DNA from: a bacterium
Lineage (GTDB): Bacteria; Zhuqueibacterota; Zhuqueibacteria; Oceanimicrobiales; Oceanimicrobiaceae
Direction: 5' to 3'
Assembly: GCA_046757025.1 (NCBI GenBank)
Contig: JBHHXN010000067.1
Span: forward strand, 1 to 25,156
Length of the DNA: 25,156 nucleotides
The notes under the pieces are model-generated. The model did not search any database and was not told the DNA's origin. It was given only the letters and a program-made list of their open reading frames with translations. A program made the position numbers and the translations under genes. Below are positions 1 through 8,412 of this stretch, piece by piece (position 1 is the first letter of the stretch; the number at the start of each line of letters is the position of its first letter).

Positions 1-94
1 AGCCATGAAGAATTGGCTAAGAAAAAATGGCTAATTTCTGGTTTAATTAATTCAGATAATCGTTTTCATTGACGATGACGATTTTTCAGAAAGT

Positions 95-1825
95 TCACGC
101 CGAAAAAACATAGTACAGCGCAAATCCCACGCCGACCAGCGCTTCGCCGACGATCAAGCCTGCGGCCACGGGAATGCCGACGTCGTCGCTGAATTTGTGG
201 CCGTATTTCCAGTCTGAAAAAAGTCGCAAACCCGTGCCGAGGCTGTAAGTCAGGACGATGTTGAACGGCAGATAAAATCCGAGCCCCACGAGGATACCTA
301 GACCGCCGATGCCGCTGGCGCTGAGAATGGCGCCTAGACCCGCGCCGGCAAGGTATTTTTGCACGGGCACATCTCCGCCCAGAATACCGCTGATCATGCT
401 GGCCAGCGCCTGACCCTGCGGTGCGGGCAAAATGTTGCTGCCCAGTTGGTAGGCTTCATGCAGAATAAAGATCAACGACATGATCAAAATGGGCCCCAAC
501 CAGGCACCGAGAAACTGACCAAATTGCTGCATTTTCGGAGTGGCGCCCACCAAGTAACCGGTCTTCAGATCGAGCATCAAATCCGTTGCTTGCGCCATGG
601 CCACGCACGCGGCTGCGCCTACGATCACCGAGGAAATAATCGCCGCGCTGTCGCCGATGCCGCTGGCGATGAAAATGAGAATGGTGATGGCGATGAGGGT
701 CATACCGCTCAAAGGCGACCAGTTTGTTCGGCCGATACATTCGGACAAAATCACGCCGGCCATCCAGATCCACACAGTGCCGAGCAGGGCCATCAAACCT
801 CCCCGCACTAGTCCCACTTCTGCGGTGGAAAAGATGGCGATGACGAACAGCAAAATTGCTGCGCCCCCAATGCCCATGTAGAGCAAACGAATGGGCATCT
901 CGTCGGCTGAGATGCGGCTTTTGGTTTTGGCCGCGCTCTGCATGCTTTTGACCGCGCTGATGATCAGCGGCAGGGCCAGCACAATGCCGGAAATCGCGCC
1001 CCCGATGAGCATGCCGATGCCCACGGGTCGAAACAGAGTTATACGCAAATAGTTAGGCATGGTATTGCCAGCGGCCTCGAGGACTTCTGCCGTCGGCAGC
1101 AGGCCCTGGGCTGAAAGGATGGGCGCCAAAATCCAGTAACAAACATAGCCGCCGATGATGAAGAAAAAGCCGCCTTTGCCGGCGATGAAGGCCACGCCGA
1201 TGGTAAGCAAAGACACATACCAGACGCCGTTCATGTAGTCTGGCATACCGATTAAACTGCCGAGATCCCAGTTCGAATATCCGGAGATTTGACTGATGAG
1301 ATGAATGACCCCACTTAGGGCCGCGCCTACCAGCAGCAGAATGGCTTTTCGAATGCCCGCTCCCGGAGATTTGAGAATCGCCGCTACGGCCACACCGCCC
1401 GGATAGGTTAGACGCTCGTAGTCGATCATTTGCTTGCGCAGGGGGATGATAAAACCGATTCCCAGAAAAGCGCCGGCGATGCAGGCAAACACCATCAAAT
1501 ACGGATTGAAATTGGTCTCTCCTAAAATAAACAAGGCCGGTACCGAAAACATCATGCCCGCAGAAGCGCCGTTCACCGCGCTGGCAACGGTCTGGTTGAT
1601 GTTGTTTTCCACAATGCTGTTGCGACCTAAAATACCTCTCAAAATTCCAAAACCTAAAATCGCCGCCAGCTCCGAGCCTTCGATGGAAAAGCCGAGAATC
1701 AGGGCCGCATAGCCGATGCTCAGGGCGATGACCGAGCCCAAAAGATATCCCACCAGCACCGCGGGCATGGTCAGCTCAGGATACGCCCCCGTTCGAATGA
1801 TATTTTCACCTTTTGATTTTGCCAC
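95..1825 (-). CDS. OPT/YSL family oligopeptide transporter
   Basis: 576 aa polytopic membrane protein with OPT hallmarks ENNINQTVASA, PLRKQMI..L.YP.GVA, DLKTGYLVGATP and APQ..A; SD AGGAGG upstream. Confidence 0.9.
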   Translation of the reverse strand: MAKSKGENIIRTGAYPELTMPAVLVGYLLGSVIALSIGYAALILGFSIEGSELAAILGFGILRGILGRNSIVENNINQTVASAVNGASAGMMFSVPALFILGETNFNPYLMVFACIAGAFLGIGFIIPLRKQMIDYERLTYPGGVAVAAILKSPGAGIRKAILLLVGAALSGVIHLISQISGYSNWDLGSLIGMPDYMNGVWYVSLLTIGVAFIAGKGGFFFIIGGYVCYWILAPILSAQGLLPTAEVLEAAGNTMPNYLRITLFRPVGIGMLIGGAISGIVLALPLIISAVKSMQSAAKTKSRISADEMPIRLLYMGIGGAAILLFVIAIFSTAEVGLVRGGLMALLGTVWIWMAGVILSECIGRTNWSPLSGMTLIAITILIFIASGIGDSAAIISSVIVGAAACVAMAQATDLMLDLKTGYLVGATPKMQQFGQFLGAWLGPILIMSLIFILHEAYQLGSNILPAPQGQALASMISGILGGDVPVQKYLAGAGLGAILSASGIGGLGILVGLGFYLPFNIVLTYSLGTGLRLFSDWKYGHKFSDDVGIPVAAGLIVGEALVGVGFALYYVFSA

Positions 1826-1865
1826 GGTTTTCCCTCCTTTGGTTGATGAAATATTCTACGGTGAA

Positions 1866-1904
1866 TTTAACTCTGACAGGGTTTTAAACCCTGTCAGAGT
1901 TAAA
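1866..1904. repeat. Perfect palindrome with 19-bp arms, REP-like, CAGG-N9-CCTG family
   Basis: TTTAACTCTGACAGGGTTT-T-AAACCCTGTCAGAGTTAAA, between the aminopeptidase and OPT genes. Confidence 0.85.
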
Positions 1905-1915
1905 AAGTGGAAATA

Positions 1916-3031
1916 TTATTTCAAATTTTCTGGATTGAGACCAGCCAATTCCGGCAGCACAAACCTCCCGTCTTTCCGCACCAGTTTTTCGTCAAAATAG
2001 ATTTCACCGCCGTCGTATTCCGGTGTTTGAATGCAAACCAAATCCCAGTGAATGTTCGAGCGATTGCCGTTGTCCGCGTCTTCGTAGGCGTTTCCGGGTG
2101 TGAAATGAAACGACCCGGCAATTTTTTCATCGAAAAGAATGTCCAGCATGGGGGAGGTGATGTACGGGTTAAACCCGATGGCAAATTCTCCCACGTATCT
2201 GGCGCCTTCATCTGTATCGAGAATGTCCTGAAGTCGTTGATGGTTGTTGGCTGTGGCTTCTACAATTTTGCCATTTTCAAAGGTCAACTTCACGTTGCTA
2301 AAAGCGGTGCCCTGGTAAATTGACGCGGCGTTGAACTGAATCGTACCGTTTACCGAATCCCGTACAGGCGCGGTAAAGCATTCGCCATCGGGAATGTTGT
2401 GTGCGCCGGCGCTGGAAATCACCGGGATGTCTTTTATGCTGAAGGTTAAGTCGGTGCCCGCCCCGGTGATGTGAACCGCGTCGGTAGCCTGCATCAGCTT
2501 GGCCAGAGGTTGTGCGGCTTTTTCCATTTTTTCATAATCGAGGGTGCAGACGTCAAAAAAGAATTGCTCGAACGCTTCGGTGCTTTTCTGTGCTTGCTGC
2601 GCCATGGAAGGCGTGGGCCAGCGTAGCACTACCCATTTGGTTTTTGTCACGCGAATGTCGAGATGTACTGGCTTCATCCAATGTTTCTCGTAAAGCCGCA
2701 TGGCTTCGGAGGGCACATCTGACATCTCGCTGATGTTCTCACTGCCGCGCAGGGCAATGTAAGCTTTGGCTTTGGCCATCCTGAACGCTTCGTACTCGCC
2801 GATCTGCTGCATGATTTCCGCTTTCTGACTACGCACCAGCTCCCGCAGGATGCGGTTTTGTTTGACCGTCACCATGGGAATGCCGCCGGCTGAGCGAATT
2901 CTGCGGATTAAGGCGATGACCATTTCCTGAGGTACATCGAAGGCTTCGATGAGAACGCTTTCCCCGGATTGAATTTTAGTGGAATGCTTGACCAGAACAT
3001 CTGATAATTGGTCGAAACGTGGGTCGTGCAT
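1916..3031 (-). CDS. M29 (AmpS/AmpT-type) metallo-aminopeptidase
   Basis: Motifs NIPDGECFTAP, GEFAIG, FDEKIAGSFHFTPGNAY and SNIHWDLV carry the M29 metal ligands; SD AGGAG upstream. Confidence 0.92.
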   Translation of the reverse strand: MHDPRFDQLSDVLVKHSTKIQSGESVLIEAFDVPQEMVIALIRRIRSAGGIPMVTVKQNRILRELVRSQKAEIMQQIGEYEAFRMAKAKAYIALRGSENISEMSDVPSEAMRLYEKHWMKPVHLDIRVTKTKWVVLRWPTPSMAQQAQKSTEAFEQFFFDVCTLDYEKMEKAAQPLAKLMQATDAVHITGAGTDLTFSIKDIPVISSAGAHNIPDGECFTAPVRDSVNGTIQFNAASIYQGTAFSNVKLTFENGKIVEATANNHQRLQDILDTDEGARYVGEFAIGFNPYITSPMLDILFDEKIAGSFHFTPGNAYEDADNGNRSNIHWDLVCIQTPEYDGGEIYFDEKLVRKDGRFVLPELAGLNPENLK

Positions 3032-3130
3032 GAGTTTCTCCTAAATTAGACGCTTAAGAGTAAATAAATTTCTTGCTCAAAAAACAAAAACAGTATCAAG
3101 CAAAGACGCGGAGTAGGTGTTCACGCTTTA

Positions 3131-3287
3131 GAGGTTGTGTGAAAAGTACCTGTGTAACCCTTTTAAACTTCGTTTTCCCTGGATGTCATTCTGGAAGAAT
3201 CTTTTTAATAAACAGCACTTTACGTTCAATCTAAAAAGATTCCTACAGAATGACAGACACGCTGTTTGATCGTTTTCACACAGGCTC
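3131..3287. mobile_element. MITE-like element A with 15-bp TIRs, 4-bp TTTA duplication and internal GTCATT...AATGAC hairpin
   Basis: TIRs GAGGTTGTGTGAAAA (3131-3145) and TTTTCACACAGGCTC (3273-3287), 13/15 complementary; TTTA at 3127-3130 and 3288-3291; inner arms 3184-3207 and 3232-3255, 22/24 complementary. Confidence 0.7.
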
Positions 3288-3439
3288 TTTACGGTGTTTA
3301 TCTCTCCTCACCTCCTCAAGCCAAGCTGGTCCACCAAAAATTCCTCCAATTAGTGCCAAATATGTAAAACAAATTTTATAATTTCAACAAAGAAATTAAA
3401 CTCTGGCACATTTGATTGGATTTTTAGCCACCAAACTAT

Positions 3440-3468
3440 TTGCATATTACTATTTTATAAGCTATATT
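3440..3468 (+). promoter_or_regulatory. Putative sigma70 promoter of thyA-folA
   Basis: TTGCAT-N17-TATATT, 42 nt upstream of the ATG. Confidence 0.55.
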
Positions 3469-3510
3469 TTTTGAAACCTTCAAATTTTAACCAAAATCGA
3501 TTATTAAAAA

Positions 3511-4368
3511 ATGCGAGCATATTTAGACCTGGTGGAGCGGGTATTAACCAACGGCAAGCTGAAGTCCAACCGTACGGGGGTGGACACCATTTCCACGTTT
3601 GCGGAGTTCTACCGCGTGGATCTCAGCGCAGGCTACCCGCTTTTAACCACAAAAAAAGTCAATTTCGATGCCATGCTGCGCGAGGTGTTCTGGTATCTTT
3701 CGGGGGAAGATCATATTCGCGACCTGCAAAAATACACCAAAATCTGGGATAGCTGGGCCGACGAAACGGGCAATCTCGAAACCGCTTACGGGCGATACTG
3801 GCGGCGCTACCCGGTGCCCGCAAAAAGCATCGCTTTGGGCGCCGAGGTGCTGGTGGATGCAAGCAATCCGCACGTCCGCAAAGAAGCGGATGGTTCGCTT
3901 TCGTTCGACCAGCTTGGCTGGGCTATCGATGAGCTAAAACGCAATCCCGACTCGCGTCGAATCGTGATCACGGCCTGGCATCCGGCCAACGCCGTGGTCA
4001 GCAAGCTGCCGCCTTGCCATATCACCTGGGTGTTGAATGTGCAGAACGGACGTTTGAACTGCCACCTGACTCAGCGCAGCGCTGACATCGCCCTCGGCAT
4101 TCCGTTCAATTTAGCTTGCTACTCCCTGCTCACGCAGGCCATCGCGCAGGAAGTAGAATTACAAACCGGCGAATTTGCCCATACCCTCATCGATGCGCAT
4201 ATCTACGTAAACCACATCGACAGCCTCAAACAGCAGCTCCGACGACAGCCGCTGCCGCTGCCAAGCCTGGAAATTGCGCAGAAACCCTTTCACACGCTAC
4301 AGTTTGAGGACTTCAAGCTCATAAACTACCAGTGCTACGAGGCCATCAAATTTGACGTGGCAGTTTAA
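3511..4368 (+). CDS. thyA: Thymidylate synthase
   Basis: NRTG, PLLTTKK, SRR, catalytic LPPCH, QRSADIALGIPFN, DAHIY.NH. Confidence 0.97.
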   Translation: MRAYLDLVERVLTNGKLKSNRTGVDTISTFAEFYRVDLSAGYPLLTTKKVNFDAMLREVFWYLSGEDHIRDLQKYTKIWDSWADETGNLETAYGRYWRRYPVPAKSIALGAEVLVDASNPHVRKEADGSLSFDQLGWAIDELKRNPDSRRIVITAWHPANAVVSKLPPCHITWVLNVQNGRLNCHLTQRSADIALGIPFNLACYSLLTQAIAQEVELQTGEFAHTLIDAHIYVNHIDSLKQQLRRQPLPLPSLEIAQKPFHTLQFEDFKLINYQCYEAIKFDVAV

Positions 4369-4871
4369 TGGCGCGGCCGGAAATAGTAATCATCGCTGCC
4401 GTGGCCGAAAAGAACCGCGTGATCGGCAGAGCGGGTAAACTGCCGTGGTATTTTTCCGAAGATTTGAAACGCTTCAAACGGCTGACATTGGGGCACACGG
4501 TTTTGATGGGACGGAAGACATTTGAGTCCATTGTGGAGCGTCTGGGCAAACCCCTGCCCGGACGTAAAAATATCGTACTCACAGCTCGTAAATCGTTTCC
4601 TGAATTTGCCCAGGTGGTTACGTTTCCTTCGTTGGAAGATGCGTTCAAAGCCGTGGCCAGTCAAGACCAGGTATTTATTATTGGCGGCGAAACGGTTTAC
4701 CAAAAAACGCTGCATTTAGCCCATCAACTCGAACTCACCATTGTGGAAGGGGATTATGAGGGCGATGCGTTTTTCCCTGAATACCAGAATTTGTTGAAAG
4801 AGCAATTTACACTGGTTGAATCCCAACCGCAGGACGGCTACCGCTTTGAAACGTACAGGCGAATAAAATAA
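4368..4871 (+). CDS. folA: Dihydrofolate reductase
   Basis: IAAVA.NRVIG...LPW...DLKRFK.LT, MGRKTFESI, PLPGRKNIVLT, IIGG, GDAFFP; TAATG overlap with the thyA stop. Confidence 0.96.
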   Translation: MARPEIVIIAAVAEKNRVIGRAGKLPWYFSEDLKRFKRLTLGHTVLMGRKTFESIVERLGKPLPGRKNIVLTARKSFPEFAQVVTFPSLEDAFKAVASQDQVFIIGGETVYQKTLHLAHQLELTIVEGDYEGDAFFPEYQNLLKEQFTLVESQPQDGYRFETYRRIK

Positions 4872-4903
4872 ATTCCTGAAATTATGGCCGGGGGATTGAA
4901 AGC

Positions 4904-5122
4904 CTACTGCGCGTTTAACTTCTCCAACATCTTAACCGCATTTTCATTTTTGGGATTCAGCGCCCGCGATTTTTTGTAGGTGGCAATGGCCAGCTCTTTA
5001 TTGCCGGCTCGACCATACCCCTCACCCAGACGGTCGTACGCGTTAAAAGATTCGGGAACCATTTCCACACTTAATTTAAACCGTTCGATAGCTTCTTCAA
5101 ATTGATTGTTGCGCCGGTGGAT
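4904..5122 (-). pseudogene. 5'-truncated remnant of a C-terminal TPR domain
   Basis: Manual translation: IHRRNNQFEEAIERFKLSVEMVPESFNAYDRLGEGYGRAGNKELAIATYKKSRALNPKNENAVKMLEKLNAQ*; TPR consensus; in-frame TGA at 5123-5125 and no start before the TPR similarity begins. Confidence 0.72.
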
Positions 5123-5136
5123 TCAGCGGTGGTTTA

Positions 5137-5514
5137 TCAACAAGTCGAGTGAAACAGACCACCTACCAATGCGGTCTGGCACAACTCATTGTAGAGGCGT
5201 ACCGCTTCTTCGGTCTGATGGATATGCACTTGAACTTTACAGTCACGCAGGTAATTCAAGGTTTCTGGAGGCACCTGCAGTTGCTCGTCCATGCCTTTGG
5301 AAAGCACGATGACTTTGGCGCCGTGCTGCAGCAATTCATGAACATCTGCGGGTTGAATGCCCGGTATGTGCCGGGTGCCGGTTTCACGCCAATCCCATTC
5401 TCTGGCGCCACCGGGATAAAGCTTGGCGTCTTTGAATATTTCGTTCTGCCCCTCGATTTTCATGCGTCCCCAGGAAAGCTGGACGATGCGGGGCGAATTC
5501 GGTTTGGATTGCAT
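5137..5514 (-). CDS. Mth938-like / AAMDC (DUF498) domain protein
   Basis: SP.I..LSWG.M, KD.KL.PGG.REWDWRETGT.H.PG.QPADV.ELL, C-terminal GGLFHSTC typical of AAMDC. Confidence 0.9.
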   Translation of the reverse strand: MQSKPNSPRIVQLSWGRMKIEGQNEIFKDAKLYPGGAREWDWRETGTRHIPGIQPADVHELLQHGAKVIVLSKGMDEQLQVPPETLNYLRDCKVQVHIHQTEEAVRLYNELCQTALVGGLFHSTC

Positions 5515-5527
5515 GGTTTTGTCTCAT

Positions 5528-5641
5528 CAAACCTTCCAGGTTTTTAAAACCTGGAAGGTTTGTTCAGTAAGATTGGATTGCACTGTTTTTTACAATGAAT
5601 GTGTTATTCAAACTATCCAGGTCTTTCAGACCTGGATGGTT
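5528..5641. repeat. Tandem pair of REP-like palindromes, CAGG-N9-CCTG family
   Basis: CAAACCTTCCAGGTTTT-T-AAAACCTGGAAGGTTTG (5528-5562, perfect) and AACTATCCAGGTCT-TTC-AGACCTGGATGGTT (5611-5641, one G-T pair). Confidence 0.85.
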
Positions 5642-5660
5642 ATCACGCTTGAACGCTTGA

Positions 5661-7007
5661 TTAAACCAGAGTCTTAATCGCCTTCACCACGGTTTCGACT
5701 TCTTCGAGCGTGTTATAAATATGCGGCGACAGACGAATGCCCTTAAAATCTCCGCTTAAAACCGTGCAGCCGATATTGTGCTCATGATAAAGCGTTGCCA
5801 GGACTTTGCTTAGGTCAACATTTGGCAGAGTAAAAACCACGATGCCCGCGTTGAGCTCCGGCAACTGAGGGGAAATAAAGCGGGCGTCGGGTATTTGCTC
5901 GCGGATTTCAGCCTGCAAAGCGGTGGTCAACTGACCTACGCGAGCTGCTACTTTTTCTTTGCCGATCTGGTTGTGGAACAGAGCGGTTTTGCCCATGGCC
6001 GCAATGGCGGCATCATCCCGTTGGCCAAAGGTATTGAACTTACGCGCGCCTTTTTCGCGGGCTTTTTCCCAGCCAACGCCGACTACCATGGGCCATAAAC
6101 CTTCAATGCGATCTTTACGGATGTACAAAATTCCAGTCTCTTTCGGACCCAGGAACCATTTATGCGCGCTGCCGGTGAAAAAGTCGCAGCCCAGATCGTG
6201 CAGATCAAGTGCGGTCACACCGAAAGTCTGAGCGCCATCGATCAGAGTCAGAATGCCTTTTTCGCGTGCTTTTTGGCAGAGCTCCTGGGCTGGCAGTGCC
6301 ACACCTGAAATATTAGAAACGTGCGAAAAAGCCAGCACTTTCGTGTTTTTATTGAAAGCCTTGAGAAATGTCTGAGCGAGCTCTGCTTGCGTTTTGGGAT
6401 ACGCCGGCGTGCTGACTCTTTTTACAGTAAATCCAAACCGCTGCGCCCGCACGTCCCAGGCGACATTGTTGGTGGGATGATTCTGATCCCAGATCACGAC
6501 TTCATCGCCAGCTTGCAAGTCCAGACCGTTGATCACCAGGTTGTTGCCTTCGGTGGTATTGCGGGTAACCACCAGCTCATCGGGTTCTGCGCCGAGGTAG
6601 GTTCCTAAGGCTTGCAGCGTTTGATCGAAGATATCCCTGAATTTGCTGCGGTTCTGAAAAGTGATGTCCGCATCCACATCCCGGCTCAAATCGAACAGCG
6701 TTTCAAAAACCGGGTAGGGCGAAGGGCAGAGATTGGCTGCGTTCATCATGATCAGCCCGGGTCGAATGGGAAATTGTTCTTTTACCAGGTGCCAGTAATT
6801 TTCATCATTTGCGGCAGCCGGTGGTAGAGAGGGGCTGGTGTTTTCTAACGATTTGCTAAGCGTTTCTGAATTGGCGAAAGTTAAAACTGGAAACAGAGTG
6901 GAAGCCGCCGCGGCGCCCATGAATCGCTTCAGAAACTGGCGTCGAGAGGGTTCTTCCACGCTTTGCGGTAAATGTTGATATTCTACTTTGAGCTTCATGG
7001 TGACCAA
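5661..7007 (-). CDS. Class V PLP-dependent enzyme (isopenicillin-N-epimerase/PvdN-like) with Tat signal
   Basis: SRRQFLK twin-arginine motif plus hydrophobic stretch; RNTTEG, HVSNISG, IDGAQ, PLP lysine in SAHKWFLGP, IRLSPHIYN; start may be ATG at 6998 rather than TTG at 7007. Confidence 0.85.
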   Translation of the reverse strand: MVTMKLKVEYQHLPQSVEEPSRRQFLKRFMGAAAASTLFPVLTFANSETLSKSLENTSPSLPPAAANDENYWHLVKEQFPIRPGLIMMNAANLCPSPYPVFETLFDLSRDVDADITFQNRSKFRDIFDQTLQALGTYLGAEPDELVVTRNTTEGNNLVINGLDLQAGDEVVIWDQNHPTNNVAWDVRAQRFGFTVKRVSTPAYPKTQAELAQTFLKAFNKNTKVLAFSHVSNISGVALPAQELCQKAREKGILTLIDGAQTFGVTALDLHDLGCDFFTGSAHKWFLGPKETGILYIRKDRIEGLWPMVVGVGWEKAREKGARKFNTFGQRDDAAIAAMGKTALFHNQIGKEKVAARVGQLTTALQAEIREQIPDARFISPQLPELNAGIVVFTLPNVDLSKVLATLYHEHNIGCTVLSGDFKGIRLSPHIYNTLEEVETVVKAIKTLV

Positions 7008-7143
7008 TTGTCTCCTTTCGAGAGATGGTTAACGATTGATTTAATCAATGACTGGTGGCGCCTTTGTTTCGTTCGAATCGTGGCGCTTTGCCGATCAGAA
7101 ACGATTGCGCGTTGATCGAACGCAATGTTCGCGCTTATTAAAA

Positions 7144-8169
7144 TCAGGACAGAGTAAAAGCCACCACCTTTTGACTGCGGCCTTTCACCTGCACCGGCCC
7201 CAGTCTGGTTAACTTAAAAGCCTCCTTAACATGATTCGCAGTGCCGTCGCCCAGGACAAAATCGTAGCCGCGGGAGCCCGCCACGGTGTTGAGGCGAAAA
7301 GCCACGTTGACCACATCGCCTAAAATGGTAAAATCCCGCGCGCCGCGGTCGCCCACCTTGCCGATCATCACCTGACCGGTGTTCAGCGACACCCGGCAAT
7401 CCCAGGAATAGAAATCTCGGTGCGGCCATTTTTCACTTTCAGACAGCAATTTCGTTTGCTTTTTGATTTCAACGGCGGCTTTGGTAGCCTCGATGGCAAA
7501 CTGTTTGGCGTTCTCGTCCGTGCCTTTCCAGAATGCCATCACACAATCGCCGATGTACTTGTCGATGTTGCCGCTAAATTTTTTAATGATATTTGACGCC
7601 AGCTCAAACCAGCGCTGCAGCATGTGCGCGATGTCTTCGGAGGGGAGCTCTTCGCTGAGTTTGGTGTAACCACAGACATCTGCAACCAGCACGGTTACGT
7701 TGCCGGCGGTGGTGATGGGATCAAATTTGGTGCCGACTAAGGTGAGATTGGTGCGAGTTTGAAGGCTTGCGAGCAGCTCCACTTTCAATTGCGCCGGGCC
7801 CACATCCACAATATCGCCGGTATCCAGTTTAACTGGCGTAGAGACCGGATTGCCGTTCACGAAAGTGCCGTTAGTACTGGAGAGGTCGCTCAACCGCACC
7901 GATGAAGAAGTGGCGGTTAAGATGGCGTGAAAGCGCGAAACATTGGGAATATCGAGAACCAACTCGTTAGAGCTGTCCCGGCCCATTCGTAGGGTTTCGC
8001 CCGGTCGAATGACGATGTGTCCCGGAATGGTAACTGTCTTCATCTGTTTGTACTGGTCCAGCATCATCGGTTTGCCGTTCGGCAGAACGATTTTTCCGCT
8101 GCTTGTTTTCGCCTCCACCATGATAATGGCGATGGCTTGCTCGGGTGAAGTTTTGGCGTCATTTGGCAT
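7144..8169 (-). CDS. FHA-domain class III adenylate cyclase
   Basis: FHA motifs GR, SRFHA, STNGTFVNG; cyclase motifs ADVCGYTKLSE, DKYIGDCVMAFW, FTILGDVVNVAFRL (two Asp, Lys/Thr specificity pair, Asn and Arg intact). Confidence 0.9.
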   Translation of the reverse strand: MPNDAKTSPEQAIAIIMVEAKTSSGKIVLPNGKPMMLDQYKQMKTVTIPGHIVIRPGETLRMGRDSSNELVLDIPNVSRFHAILTATSSSVRLSDLSSTNGTFVNGNPVSTPVKLDTGDIVDVGPAQLKVELLASLQTRTNLTLVGTKFDPITTAGNVTVLVADVCGYTKLSEELPSEDIAHMLQRWFELASNIIKKFSGNIDKYIGDCVMAFWKGTDENAKQFAIEATKAAVEIKKQTKLLSESEKWPHRDFYSWDCRVSLNTGQVMIGKVGDRGARDFTILGDVVNVAFRLNTVAGSRGYDFVLGDGTANHVKEAFKLTRLGPVQVKGRSQKVVAFTLS

Positions 8170-8326
8170 GTTTGAAACTCGGTTGTTTTATCGGATGGTA
8201 GGCAGGCTGAACACGGCTGATCAAATGAACATCTCAAAATTGAAAATAATGACTGTCTCAAAAAGGCCGCCCATCTTTCCATGAAATCAGGCCGGCTGTT
8301 GAGTTTATTTTCTCTTTGATTGAATA

Positions 8327-8354
8327 AGTTTAACATATTTATGAATTATGTCAA
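8327..8354 (-). promoter_or_regulatory. Putative sigma70 promoter of the cyclase gene
   Basis: Minus strand TTGACA-N16-TAAACT with TG extended -10. Confidence 0.55.
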
Positions 8355-8412
8355 GGAAATTCTGCAGGAATTGTTATTTGTGACGGCAATTCACTATTAT
8401 TTTGCCTACTTA

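Noticed and set aside
3511..4871. thyA-folA as prophage or resistance-cassette cargo
   Set aside because: No phage, integrase or attC features; ordinary chromosomal context
5123..5139. TGA readthrough or selenocysteine joining Mth938 to the TPR tail
   Set aside because: The frames differ, Mth938 ends in tandem stops TGA TAA with a complete family C-terminus, and no SECIS-like hairpin is evident
5528..5641. Two similar ~35-bp palindromes with a ~48-bp spacer, as a mini CRISPR array
   Set aside because: Only two diverged, fully palindromic units and no cas genes; better explained as a REP-like doublet
7144..8169. Cyclase as part of a Pycsar/CBASS-like defence system
   Set aside because: It has ATP-type specificity residues and an FHA fusion, and no adjacent cyclic-nucleotide-binding effector (TM or TIR) gene
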